Position numbers and translations under genes: made by a program | Assembly (NCBI GenBank): GCA_937899865.1 | Contig: CALBRH010000001.1 | Coordinates: 32,001-96,000, forward strand | DNA from: an uncultured euryarchaeote | GTDB lineage: Archaea; Thermoplasmatota; Poseidoniia; Poseidoniales; Poseidoniaceae | Direction of reading: 5' to 3' | DNA length: 64,000 nt | In this document: piece by piece, positions 28,392-38,356 of the stretch | Layout: each line of letters opens with the position of its first letter | Numbering within the stretch: the stretch's first letter is position 1 | The notes under the pieces: model-generated | Seen by the model: the letters and a program-made list of their open reading frames with translations, nothing else | Databases searched by the model: none | Told to the model about the DNA's origin: nothing

Positions 28392-29503
28392 AAGAGAACC
28401 CTTTGATTTCAATCACTGTTTGTGTGAGGGATGGTGCACATTGGATAGATGGTTGTTTAGAGTCTCTAAAAAATCAAACTTACCGACCTCTTGAAATTAT
28501 TGCAGTGGACGATGGTTCAACAGATGGTTCTAAGGAATGTTTAGAGAAATGGCATAACACTGAGGATGAAATTCCAGTTTTCGTATATTCTCAAGCTGCT
28601 ATTGGATTATCAGCGGGTAGAAATTTAGCTGTCGAAAATTCACATGGAGAATGGATTGCGATTACCGATATCGATGCAAGGCCGACACAAAATTGGATTA
28701 CAAATCTGTATGAAAAATCACAGCCTGTCGATGATGGTGAGCAAGTAGTAGCAGTAACAGGGAGAACAATTTTTGAAAGAGCCGATGATTTAGTCAGCCT
28801 ATTACGTTCAGTAGAAATAGAATCTAAATATCGCTCAAGACCAAGAAGAACTAGTTTAGCCAATGGTCCTTGTTCAATGTTTCATCGTTCTTCATTAAAT
28901 GAAATAGGCGGTTTTGATCCTTCATGGTATCATGCAGAGGATATGGAAGTAAGTTTGAAATTAATTGCAAATGGAGGAACGATTGTTTATGCTCCTGAGG
29001 CAGTAGTAGCACACGTTCCCGAATCGGGGCGAAAGCGGTTTTTGGACAAGCGTTCCAGAGATGCAAGAGCCCATGTCAGGATAATTAGGAAATATCCTAA
29101 AAGACGCCGACCAGGTCCAGATTTTGATTTTATCGGAAGTTCAACTATGGTACTTATTGTAGCACCACTGTGGTTAACTGCATTTTTGATGGTATTACCA
29201 TTCTTGTATCTTTTTAGTCAAACAGACAGTCTCGGTAGGGAAGAATTTCATACTTGGTGGCAGACTAAAGTATTGCTAGTCAGCATTTGTTTAATGTTTA
29301 TTCAAGAACTAATATTGTGGCGAGGGCCGTTAGGAGTAGTAAATCGAACGGCAATATTTCACAGCAATAAAAATCGATTTTATGTTTATGTTGCACAAAA
29401 ATTTCTAATCTTGCAATGGAGTTTAGCATTATGGAAAGGACTAATGCTTGGATGCTATGATGCTATTACCAAGAAAAATGGACATGATTTCAAAAAATCA
29501 TGA
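28388..29503 (+). CDS. Glycosyltransferase family 2 with C-terminal TM helices
   Basis: IIAVDDGSTDGS, SAGRNL, IAITDIDA (DxD) and HAEDMEV motifs. Confidence 0.92.
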   Translation: MKENPLISITVCVRDGAHWIDGCLESLKNQTYRPLEIIAVDDGSTDGSKECLEKWHNTEDEIPVFVYSQAAIGLSAGRNLAVENSHGEWIAITDIDARPTQNWITNLYEKSQPVDDGEQVVAVTGRTIFERADDLVSLLRSVEIESKYRSRPRRTSLANGPCSMFHRSSLNEIGGFDPSWYHAEDMEVSLKLIANGGTIVYAPEAVVAHVPESGRKRFLDKRSRDARAHVRIIRKYPKRRRPGPDFDFIGSSTMVLIVAPLWLTAFLMVLPFLYLFSQTDSLGREEFHTWWQTKVLLVSICLMFIQELILWRGPLGVVNRTAIFHSNKNRFYVYVAQKFLILQWSLALWKGLMLGCYDAITKKNGHDFKKS

Positions 29504-30061
29504 GTTGTTTTCTTCAGGTTGAGGGGAATTTGCTGCATAAACTAAAGCAAATCCAAAAGCCATCAGGCCGATGGTGACTGAATAAACTCCAGGGTCAATC
29601 CAGCCGGTGGAATTTATTCCGAAGTACAGGTAATTGGCTATACCAAGTAGTAGACACCATGCACCAAAAGTCTTGAACCAGCCACCCAATTCAGGATTTG
29701 CTAGAGACATCCAAGTTTGATTTACAAAGATTGACTTAGCCCAAGCACCTATTCCTCCATCTTGAGCATTTATTGTTTTGAAGCCCAATGCGGCAAAAAG
29801 CCCACAAATCGCTAGAAATACTATGTCGGATACAACGAATGATGGGGCTGTTGAAAGATCTTCAAATGCTTTGTTAGTTAATTCAAAAGTTAGGACTCCA
29901 GACCAAGAAACACGGTAGTTGGGATGAATCTCTCCAAGCAAATTTAGTACTCCTAAGAATATACCAAGCATACCTAAACCAACAAACCAATTTGACATGG
30001 CCTTTGAAGGGTTTAACAGCATTTGAACAAGTCCATCTTCTGTATTGCTCACTTCGCTCAT
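29498..30061 (-). CDS. Hypothetical membrane protein (about 4 TM)
   Basis: Four hydrophobic segments. Probable start at ATG 30061 (MSEVSN). Lies directly downstream of cdc6. Confidence 0.75.
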   Translation of the reverse strand: MSEVSNTEDGLVQMLLNPSKAMSNWFVGLGMLGIFLGVLNLLGEIHPNYRVSWSGVLTFELTNKAFEDLSTAPSFVVSDIVFLAICGLFAALGFKTINAQDGGIGAWAKSIFVNQTWMSLANPELGGWFKTFGAWCLLLGIANYLYFGINSTGWIDPGVYSVTIGLMAFGFALVYAANSPQPEENNS

Positions 30062-30120
30062 GCGTCGCCCACCTGCCATGTGATTATAAGTACACCGAAC
30101 CAAAAAAATCCTCAAAATCC

Positions 30121-31362
30121 TTACAATCTTGTTTGATATTTGTAAGTGCCATTGAATATATTCTCTAGTTCAGGCTCAGCTTCAGACATAATTGTTACTG
30201 GATTGATATTTTGCGGTATGCAGGAATTGATTTCCTTTGACCTACCATATCTACCTTTACTGATTGTTCTTGCCGTAATTAGTCCTAGCATGTCCAAACT
30301 TGAAATTAAACCTGAAACTCTACGCTGAGTTAGTGCATTGGTTCCAAGATGACGGCAGGCTTGTGAATAAATAGAGTATACTTCTCCAGTTTGAATATTT
30401 TTCAAACCATTCTTTTCATTGATTAAGATGGCTCCTAAAACGATCTTTTGTTGGTTTGGTAATTTGGCAATTACTGGAGTCATTTGGTCAGCTTCTATTT
30501 GATGCTGAGCAATTTTCACATGATTTTGTTCAACCTTTTCTGAACCGCTAAGTTCAGCTTTTTCCGTAGATACTCTCAACAAATCAAGAGCACACCTTGC
30601 ATCACCATGTTCTTGTGCCGCTAAAGCAGCACACATTTCTATTACTCCATCTCCAATCACTCCATCATGTAAAGCAATCTTGACTCTTTCACGCAAGATA
30701 TCTTGTAGTTGCTGCGCATCATATGGATTGAATATTACATCAAGTTGTCCAAGCCTAGATCTCACTCTCGGGTCGAGGAAATCAGTGAACTTGAGGTCAT
30801 TAGAGATTCCAATAACACAAGAGCGAGCTTTTTTCAACGAGGAATTAAGATTAGTAAGATTGTATAGCAAATCGTCTCCAACCTTCCTAACTAAGTGATC
30901 GATTTCATCAAGTACAATAATGAATACACCTTGTCTTGAATCCATTCTTTTAACAAGTTCACTAAACACTCTATCAGTAGGCCATCCAGTAAAAGGAATT
31001 TCATCAATTTCATGGTCTTCTAATAGTGAATTTCCAATGTGGCTAAGGACCCTATACTGTGTGTCAATCTGTCGGCAGTTGACAATAACTGTTTGTACTG
31101 AACGGTTAAGTTGTTTACCTTTATCTTCAAGTTGACTACAAACATAGTTTGTGACTGCAGTTTTTCCCGCACCAGTAACACCATACAATGTCATATTAGA
31201 TGGAATATGTCCTTTCAGTGCTTCAACAAGATTGAACGATAAAGTATCGATCTCATTTTTTCTATGTGGTAATTTACTGGGGTTGTAATTGTGACGTAAG
31301 AACTCTTTGTTTTGGAACAGGGTTTTTTTAGACAGATAACCATCGAATATGTTTTCTGTCAT
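30121..31362 (-). CDS. cdc6: Orc1/Cdc6 replication initiator
   Basis: Walker A YGVTGAGKT, VNC, Walker B IVLDEID, LDPRVRSRL, GDARCALDLLR and C-terminal wHTH LDMLGLI...GRYGRSK. GGAGG SD precedes ATG 31362. Confidence 0.97.
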   Translation of the reverse strand: MTENIFDGYLSKKTLFQNKEFLRHNYNPSKLPHRKNEIDTLSFNLVEALKGHIPSNMTLYGVTGAGKTAVTNYVCSQLEDKGKQLNRSVQTVIVNCRQIDTQYRVLSHIGNSLLEDHEIDEIPFTGWPTDRVFSELVKRMDSRQGVFIIVLDEIDHLVRKVGDDLLYNLTNLNSSLKKARSCVIGISNDLKFTDFLDPRVRSRLGQLDVIFNPYDAQQLQDILRERVKIALHDGVIGDGVIEMCAALAAQEHGDARCALDLLRVSTEKAELSGSEKVEQNHVKIAQHQIEADQMTPVIAKLPNQQKIVLGAILINEKNGLKNIQTGEVYSIYSQACRHLGTNALTQRRVSGLISSLDMLGLITARTISKGRYGRSKEINSCIPQNINPVTIMSEAEPELENIFNGTYKYQTRL

Positions 31363-31515
31363 TCCTCTGTCCTCCATTTAGCATCTCAACCCGGCTGGCC
31401 GGGAAAAGCGCGATGAACCTCCCAGTCCGAGTCCCCCTCATAAGCATACCTTTGACAAAAACTTTCACAATCTTATTTGTGTAATAATTAATGAAAAAAA
31501 GATAATTGAAATATG

Positions 31516-32301
31516 TTAGAAAAACCATTTCCCATTCCAGTTAATTACATACTTATCTTGTGCATGTAAAACATTGCTCGGATGGTTTGGAAATTCATTT
31601 GAGGTTATGGTTGGGTGTTGTGAATTCTTGCAATCAATAAATGTATGAGTAATAATGAAATTAGTGTTTGGATATTGTTCGCTAAGCGCTTGTATATCGG
31701 ATGGCTTGTGATGCTCATCACTTGGCACCCATTCTGGAATTCCCATTTCAATAATTGCCAAATCAGTCTTACTTATTGCATCATATAGAGGCTCACAAGG
31801 TCCAGAGTCGCCACTATGAACAAATTTCGCTCCACTAGAAGATTCAAAACTATAGCCAAAAGGATCCACTGCATCATTATGATTTACTTCAAATCTGTTC
31901 CAACTCCATCCATCAGTAGTTACTCCTTGAGAATTTTCATTCCAAGTAATTTTTGAAAGAATATTTTCTAGTGATCCAGGATAAGCTATTTCACATAGAT
32001 GCTCAATTTTCTTACGAGCACCAGGTGCTGCAACAATTGTTAAGCACTTTTGAAATTCTCGATCCGAAATATAAGTTCTTTCAAGCAATAAAAAAGGTAA
32101 TCCAAAAACATGATCTCCGTGAAGGTGAGTGATGAAAATCGTCTCGATATCGTCTACTTTAATGCCATTTTCTCGTAGTGAAAGTAATGCAGTAGGGGGA
32201 GCGTCTATGATATGCTTCTTATCAAAAATAGCAAATGAATGGTGCCTTCCATTAGGCAGAAATGCATTGCCGGTTCCGAGCATAATGATTTCATGCGCCA
32301 T
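31516..32301 (-). CDS. MBL-fold metallo-hydrolase (RNase Z-like)
   Basis: MLGTGNAF, THLHGDHVFG (HxHxDH), HSGDSGP and EHH motifs. Start at ATG 32301. Confidence 0.88.
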   Translation of the reverse strand: MAHEIIMLGTGNAFLPNGRHHSFAIFDKKHIIDAPPTALLSLRENGIKVDDIETIFITHLHGDHVFGLPFLLLERTYISDREFQKCLTIVAAPGARKKIEHLCEIAYPGSLENILSKITWNENSQGVTTDGWSWNRFEVNHNDAVDPFGYSFESSSGAKFVHSGDSGPCEPLYDAISKTDLAIIEMGIPEWVPSDEHHKPSDIQALSEQYPNTNFIITHTFIDCKNSQHPTITSNEFPNHPSNVLHAQDKYVINWNGKWFF

Positions 32302-32434
32302 GGTTGCGGGGATACTCACTAGGCTTTGGCTTAATTGGTCATTCATGAATGTCAATTTAATCAGTTGATAGATTTCCGAACCTTCAATTACTTTCGATTT
32401 GAGGGCATATTAGTTCGAGAGACTAGGTGTTGTC

Positions 32435-33700
32435 ATGTCCGGTGCAGCAAAAAGTGAGTGGAGTGCAAAAAACCCATATTATACCAACATTACAGAAAAT
32501 TACATTTTGAATGGAGAAGGCTCCAAGAAAGAAACTCGTCATGTAGTATTTGCTCTTGGTGATTCAGGTCTCGATTATAAGGTCGGTGATGCACTTGGCG
32601 TGATTCCCGAGAATCCACCCCATATTGTTGATGAATTAATCGAGGCGCAAGGGTGGGATAAAGACTCAATTGTTACTACTCATAACGGTGAAAGAACTCT
32701 TTATGAGGCACTGAAAAAAGACTTTGAAGTTCATATGGCAAGTAAGAAATTTGTACAATCACTTGCTCAAAAAGTAGTCGCCAGTGGTATAAAAATCAAT
32801 GTCAAAATGGTATCAAGGAGTAGAGGTGATGCTATATGGAATGCAAGTGAAAATGAACCCTTGCCTCCGGAACTCAAACCTAGCGCTCCTTCAGATGACC
32901 CAGCAGATAAAGTGGAGCATTTGAATACAGATGAGAAAGCGATGGAGGATTATCTTTGGACGCGAGATTATGTCGACATTATGAGAGAATTTGATGCCAA
33001 ATATTCGCCAGAAGAATTTTTTGAACTTGCAGGTAGAGTAAAGCCAAGATTGTATTCAATTGCTTCTTCTCATGATGCTCACCCAGGCCTTGTTGAATTA
33101 ACCGTAGGTATAGTTAGATTCAGTTATCATGGTCGAAATAGAGGTGGCCTTTGTACTCAATTTATGGCTGATGAAATTGGAAATAGTGATCAAAAAGTAG
33201 GAGTCTTCATGTCTCCAACAAAGTCATTTGTTTTACCAGAAGACAAAGATATTGACATTATCATGGTTGGCCCAGGTACTGGAATTGCCCCATTTAGAGC
33301 TTTTATGGAACAAAGAGTATTTGATGGTGGTAATGGTAGGAACTGGTTATTCTTTGGCGACCAATCATCTAAAACAGAATTTTATTACAAAGATGCTATA
33401 GAATCATGGTTGGATAGTGGAGACTTGTATCGTTTTACTACTGCATGGTCTAGAGATCAAGCAGAAAAAATCTATGTTCAACACAGGCTAAAAGAACACG
33501 GTGCTGAAGTATGGGAATGGTTCGAAAATGGAGCATATTTCTACATTTGTGGCGATAAGACATACATGGCTAAAGATGTACATCGTGCACTTATTGAGAT
33601 TGCAATTGAGCATGGAGGCATGTCGGAAGCTGATGCAACACATTTCATTGAAAAGACAATGATGAAAGAACAAAAGCGTTACCTACGGGATGTTTATTGA
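32435..33700 (+). CDS. FAD/NADPH-binding diflavin-reductase domain protein (CysJ C-terminal-like, no flavodoxin domain)
   Basis: PRLYSIASS, GLCT, MVGPGTGIAPFRAF, LFFG, FYICGD and terminal RYLRDVY. No FMN-binding N-terminal domain. Confidence 0.9.
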   Translation: MSGAAKSEWSAKNPYYTNITENYILNGEGSKKETRHVVFALGDSGLDYKVGDALGVIPENPPHIVDELIEAQGWDKDSIVTTHNGERTLYEALKKDFEVHMASKKFVQSLAQKVVASGIKINVKMVSRSRGDAIWNASENEPLPPELKPSAPSDDPADKVEHLNTDEKAMEDYLWTRDYVDIMREFDAKYSPEEFFELAGRVKPRLYSIASSHDAHPGLVELTVGIVRFSYHGRNRGGLCTQFMADEIGNSDQKVGVFMSPTKSFVLPEDKDIDIIMVGPGTGIAPFRAFMEQRVFDGGNGRNWLFFGDQSSKTEFYYKDAIESWLDSGDLYRFTTAWSRDQAEKIYVQHRLKEHGAEVWEWFENGAYFYICGDKTYMAKDVHRALIEIAIEHGGMSEADATHFIEKTMMKEQKRYLRDVY

Positions 33701-34171
33701 TTACAAACCCTCTGTTGGCAAATCAACTCTTGTTACAGGAATTTGCAAATCCTCTGCAATATCAATCATTCGTTTTGTCCAAACCGAATCAGGTCCGGGA
33801 AATGCCAACATATGGGTGGCATGCTCTAACATTTCTTTTGCTAATGTTGCTACTGCTTGGGGTCTACCGCTGTCAAGTTCAGAATTCGGTCGAGGACTTT
33901 GCCATGCCTCACTATAAACCGCTAAAGGAATATTCTGATTATCTGCCCATCTTTCTGCTAAGTAGTCAACACCACTGGCTCCACCAATAATTATCATGTC
34001 GGGGTAAGTGTACAACTCAACCCAATTGTCTAGTTGGTTTTCAAGCCAAGAGTAATCATAAAATTTTGAATTACCACAAATCACCAAATTTATGATTTTG
34101 CCGTCTCTATTGAGATCTCTACCACCTAACTCGGCGACAACTTGGGCGCCGGATTTATCTGCTCGTACCAT
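33701..34171 (-). CDS. SLOG-superfamily protein (DUF2493/YspA-like)
   Basis: LVICGNSKFYDY and IIIGGASGVDYLAERWA motifs. Confidence 0.75.
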   Translation of the reverse strand: MVRADKSGAQVVAELGGRDLNRDGKIINLVICGNSKFYDYSWLENQLDNWVELYTYPDMIIIGGASGVDYLAERWADNQNIPLAVYSEAWQSPRPNSELDSGRPQAVATLAKEMLEHATHMLAFPGPDSVWTKRMIDIAEDLQIPVTRVDLPTEGL

Positions 34172-34351
34172 ATTATTCCATCACTATCCTATGATATTAA
34201 TATATTCAATAAAGAGTACAATAATGTATGAAATCTTCCTAAATTTGACCTTTTTCCGGTACAAATCACTGGAAATCAGTAATCAAAAAATCAAACTAAA
34301 TACAAAAAATCAACCGTTTTACTCATAGAATACCGATGTTTACATTCAATT

Positions 34352-35692
34352 ATGGGATTCAATCGAGTCTTGATTGCTAACCGTGGCGAAATCGCCTTGA
34401 GGATTCTGCGAACTCTTAGAGATATGGGGATTGAAGCAGCGATAATTCATGGTAAAGAAGATAGATTATCCTTGCCAGTAATGATGTCTGATATCGCTTA
34501 TCCAAATTATTGTTCAAATCCGCTTGATTCGTATTTGGATATTGAAGCGGTTGTTAATGCTGCCAAAGAACTTCAGTGCGATGCAGTACATCCAGGATAT
34601 GGCTTCTTAGCAGAGAATGCTCATTTTGTTAAGCGCTTAACAGAAGAAGGTATCACCTTTATTGGCCCATCAAGTGACGTGATAACTCTTCTTGGTGACA
34701 AGATAGAGGCTAGGGCTGCTATGGAGAGCGCGGGATTACCGGTTGCCAAAGGTTCATCTGAACCAATTTCCGATCAAAAAGTTGCTAGTAAATTAGCAGA
34801 TGAAATAGGCTATCCAGTCATTATCAAGGCGGCAGCTGGTGGCGGTGGAATAGGCATGCAAATAGTTGAAGAAGAATCACAATTTGCTAGTGCTCTCAAA
34901 CTTTGTATGTCTAGGGCCAAATCAGCATTTGGAGATGAAAGAGTCTTTGTAGAGAAGTATATTCAAGGCGCTCAACACGTAGAGTTCCAAGTACTTGCTG
35001 ATGGAAAACGAGCAATACATTTTGGAGAGAGATTTTGTTCAATTCAGAGAAGGCATCAAAAACTCGTTGAAGAAGGTCCTTGGCTAACTGATGAAAAGCG
35101 TGCAGAAATAGGTGAGTTAGTATGCAAAGGTGCAGAATCTGTAGGTTACAAAGGACTTGCAACATTTGAATTCCTAAGGGATGCAAATGGCGACTTCTAT
35201 TTTTTGGAAGTTAACCCAAGAGTGCAAGTCGAGCACACAGTAACTGAATTAATCACTGGTTACAACTTGGTAGAACTTGGAATTAGAGTAGCACAGGGTG
35301 AAGAATTACCGTTATCTCAGTCGGACATTAAATGGCGAGGGCATGCAATTCAATGCCGATTAAATGCTGAAGATCCCAAGGAGTTTGTTCCGAGTCCTGG
35401 TCGATTATGGGATTGCCATTTCCCATCTGGATTTGGTATAAGGTGCGATACACATGCACATCCTGGTTACGAAATGCCAGGCTGTTTTGATTCATTATTA
35501 GCGAAACTATTGACTTGGGGCCATGATAGAGATGATGCCATTAGAAGGATGCGCACAGCTCTTGATGAAACCCAAATAACTGGGGTACAACACCTAATTC
35601 CTCTTCATCGAAGAATAATGGATGAAAAAGACTTTTTGAATCGAGATGTTACTATACAGTATATTGACAATCACCAAGAATTACTAGGATGA
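34352..35692 (+). CDS. accC: Biotin carboxylase subunit (acetyl/propionyl-CoA or pyruvate carboxylase)
   Basis: VLIANRGEIA, HPGYGFLAEN, IKAAAGGGGIGM, CSIQRRHQKLVEE, FLEVNPRVQVEH and QCRLNAEDP motifs. Confidence 0.95.
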   Translation: MGFNRVLIANRGEIALRILRTLRDMGIEAAIIHGKEDRLSLPVMMSDIAYPNYCSNPLDSYLDIEAVVNAAKELQCDAVHPGYGFLAENAHFVKRLTEEGITFIGPSSDVITLLGDKIEARAAMESAGLPVAKGSSEPISDQKVASKLADEIGYPVIIKAAAGGGGIGMQIVEEESQFASALKLCMSRAKSAFGDERVFVEKYIQGAQHVEFQVLADGKRAIHFGERFCSIQRRHQKLVEEGPWLTDEKRAEIGELVCKGAESVGYKGLATFEFLRDANGDFYFLEVNPRVQVEHTVTELITGYNLVELGIRVAQGEELPLSQSDIKWRGHAIQCRLNAEDPKEFVPSPGRLWDCHFPSGFGIRCDTHAHPGYEMPGCFDSLLAKLLTWGHDRDDAIRRMRTALDETQITGVQHLIPLHRRIMDEKDFLNRDVTIQYIDNHQELLG

Positions 35693-35702
35693 GGTGATTA
35701 CT

Positions 35703-36623
35703 TTGGATATTCTTATGGTTGGAAGTATTGCATATGATAGCGTGACATCACCTGCTGGAACTGTTGAGAATGCTTTAGGGGGTTCAGCAGTATATGCTGG
35801 CATTGCAAGTCGATTTCATGGAAATTATCTTGATCTTGAAAAGATTGGTTTAGTTGGCGTAGTTGGTCAAGATTTCCGTTCCGAAGACATTGCAATGTTG
35901 GAATCTCAAGGTTTAGATTTGAGTGGTCTAGAGGTTGCAGAAGGTAAGACATTCCGTTGGGAGGGCTCATATCATGGAGATATGGGCGTTGCAAAAACTC
36001 ATGATACACAATTGAATGTATTTGGTGATTTTGATCCAAAAGTTCCATCAGAATCAACGACTCCAAAAGTATTGTTTTGCGCTAATCTTGTACCCATGCT
36101 TCAATCAAAAGTCCTTCAGCAAGCGAAAGGAACTCGAATATCAATGTTAGATTCGATGAATCTTTGGATTGAGATTGCTAAAGATGATTTATTAGCGGTA
36201 ATGAAAAGTGTAGATTTGATTATTATTAATGATGGAGAAGTTAGAATGCTTGCTCAAGATGACAATTTGATAAGAGCATCAAGGGCATTAATCAAGATAG
36301 TAGGCTGTCAAACATTAATTATCAAAAAAGGAGAAAACGGTGTTGTAGCATTCCATGATGATGAAATCATATCATTACCAGCATACCCCACCGAGAATGT
36401 GGTTGACCCTACTGGTTGTGGCGATTCCTTTGCGGGTACAATAGCCGCTTTCTTAGCATCAAATGAAGGCATCATTAGCCGTGAAGAGTTAAGAGAGGCG
36501 CTAATTAGGGCAACCGTTACTGCAAGTTTCACGCTAGAATCATTTGGAACATCAGGTTTGTTAAATTTAACCAATGATATGTTCAATTCAAGACTTATTG
36601 AATTTGAAGGAATACTAAATTGA
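35703..36623 (+). CDS. PfkB-family carbohydrate/nucleoside kinase
   Basis: LGGSAVYA, INDGE, IIKKGENG and VDPTGCGDSFAG motifs. Start is either TTG 35703 (after GAGGTGA) or GTG 35694. Confidence 0.92.
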   Translation: MDILMVGSIAYDSVTSPAGTVENALGGSAVYAGIASRFHGNYLDLEKIGLVGVVGQDFRSEDIAMLESQGLDLSGLEVAEGKTFRWEGSYHGDMGVAKTHDTQLNVFGDFDPKVPSESTTPKVLFCANLVPMLQSKVLQQAKGTRISMLDSMNLWIEIAKDDLLAVMKSVDLIIINDGEVRMLAQDDNLIRASRALIKIVGCQTLIIKKGENGVVAFHDDEIISLPAYPTENVVDPTGCGDSFAGTIAAFLASNEGIISREELREALIRATVTASFTLESFGTSGLLNLTNDMFNSRLIEFEGILN

Positions 36624-38264
36624 TTACAAGTCAATTCTTGGTAATCCACCCTTACCCGCAGTTGAATTTTTATGAGTCTCTGAATCGATTAATTCAGTCC
36701 AAGAAAGCTCATCATTAGATTCAGCAAATTCTTGTTCATTTTGCTCAATTAAAGCCTTTCTTCGTCGGACATTCTCTTCTAATTCTCTTGCTTTTTCATC
36801 TGGAATTAGTCCACCCTGTGCTAAATTACGAAATGTCTCAAGCTCATCTTGTTGTGCTTCATCAGCACGCTCTCTTAGATTGGGGTTAGGCTGGTTACTT
36901 TCTTCTAAGGTATTGATAATACGATTGGAGATTGAAGTGCCTAAATCTCTAACAGCATTGCTGATTGATGGTACTAAGCGCCCTCTTCGTTGATTACTGT
37001 GATTATTTGGCTTTCTTCGTTTAATCAATCTAGAATTGTTCGAAGAGTTTTTCTTTCTCAATCGTGAATTTTGGTTTAGCGGCATTTTTTCAGACACAGG
37101 CCTGATAGGATTTGATTCTCTTCTAGCGCTTGCTACAAGTGATTCAATTGTGTTTCCTTCAAGATCAATATTACCTAGTAAAGTATCAGGAGAATTAAAT
37201 CCAGTTAAGTCTGTAGATACAGATTCATCATTTGATTCATTTGGATTGTGATAGCCATCTTTGTTCCAAAAGCTCGGCAATAAATTAGGCATCTGTGCTG
37301 GACCAGCCTCATTTGCTTGAGTAGACTCGATGTGTGATAATAATCCTGTATTTGGTGATTGATTAATAGGTAATTGATTACGAGCCTCTTCTGCAACTTT
37401 TGGTAAATCTAGATCAAGTTGGTTGAACATCGACATTGGATGGCTATCTTCGCGCCCTCGGCGGTCTCCAACATTGTTTATTCCCCTTTCAATGAGAGAG
37501 TTTCCATTGATTGAAGGCATTCGTTCCCTTCTTTCATTTGCCATATCTTGCCAACTCGGAGTATTATTTTGGGGAGTTTGTATAGGTGGCTGTATAGGCG
37601 GCATTTGAGAATCAAAAATACTCATATCCATGACAGGTATACTTTCAGGTTCTGGTGCAACCGATTCTGCAATGTCACTCGATAGGAATGTTGCAATTGA
37701 TTCTGGTCTTGTTACTACAGCAATTTCAACAGGCACCTCATTGTTCTCAAGAATCGAGTTTCTTGGATATTGTGCATCACTTTCTAGAATCTCTAAACCG
37801 TCAGCAGCCTCTTCGAGCGAGAATCCCTTTTGTAATTTCAATAGAATCGTGTTGAGTTTCAATAGTGAGAAATCATTGCCAGTAATCACATGACAATCAC
37901 CAGCATCGGTATCAATTGTTAATGTCGGCTTACGGGTTACAGCCCATCCAATGATTAGACTTAATCCACCAAGTAGAGTAAAAATTTGTAGTGAAGAAGT
38001 CGCAAAAATCCTAACACTAGACCAAACCAACGCAAGTCCAATTATTGCAATATAGCCAGGAACGAGTCTTGTATGATGATGTTGGACTCTATTGATTGAG
38101 TGGATTTTAATGTCTAAGCCATGGCCAGATTTTGCTTCTAAACTTAGCATTCTTTCATCAATATTTGCTACAACTTTGCCTGACGCACCATCGAGGTATA
38201 GCGAGTCGATTTTTACATCATTTGACTCTGCCGATGAATATGCTACGCGACTTGTTGAATGCAT
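36624..38264 (-). CDS. Hypothetical protein: N-terminal two-TM domain plus long low-complexity cytoplasmic region
   Basis: 546-aa ORF with a hydrophobic hairpin at aa ~70-110 and an N/P/Q/E-rich C-terminal two-thirds. The start is uncertain. Confidence 0.7.
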   Translation of the reverse strand: MHSTSRVAYSSAESNDVKIDSLYLDGASGKVVANIDERMLSLEAKSGHGLDIKIHSINRVQHHHTRLVPGYIAIIGLALVWSSVRIFATSSLQIFTLLGGLSLIIGWAVTRKPTLTIDTDAGDCHVITGNDFSLLKLNTILLKLQKGFSLEEAADGLEILESDAQYPRNSILENNEVPVEIAVVTRPESIATFLSSDIAESVAPEPESIPVMDMSIFDSQMPPIQPPIQTPQNNTPSWQDMANERRERMPSINGNSLIERGINNVGDRRGREDSHPMSMFNQLDLDLPKVAEEARNQLPINQSPNTGLLSHIESTQANEAGPAQMPNLLPSFWNKDGYHNPNESNDESVSTDLTGFNSPDTLLGNIDLEGNTIESLVASARRESNPIRPVSEKMPLNQNSRLRKKNSSNNSRLIKRRKPNNHSNQRRGRLVPSISNAVRDLGTSISNRIINTLEESNQPNPNLRERADEAQQDELETFRNLAQGGLIPDEKARELEENVRRRKALIEQNEQEFAESNDELSWTELIDSETHKNSTAGKGGLPRIDL

Positions 38265-38356
38265 CCCAGTATCTCAAGCAAACTGTGTAGGTTAAGAAAC
38301 CACCGCAAATTTACTCCAAAAAAAGCCCAGTTTTATGGGAGTAAAATTTTGCCGAA

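Noticed and set aside
31378-31515. oriC directly upstream of cdc6
   Set aside because: It is AT-rich, but I found no ORB-like TCCAGTGGA motifs there. The 24.2-24.5 kb region fits better.
34172-34351. Short A-rich repeats (AAAAAATCAA twice) in a divergent intergenic region
   Set aside because: Low complexity and expected by chance in AT-rich promoter DNA.
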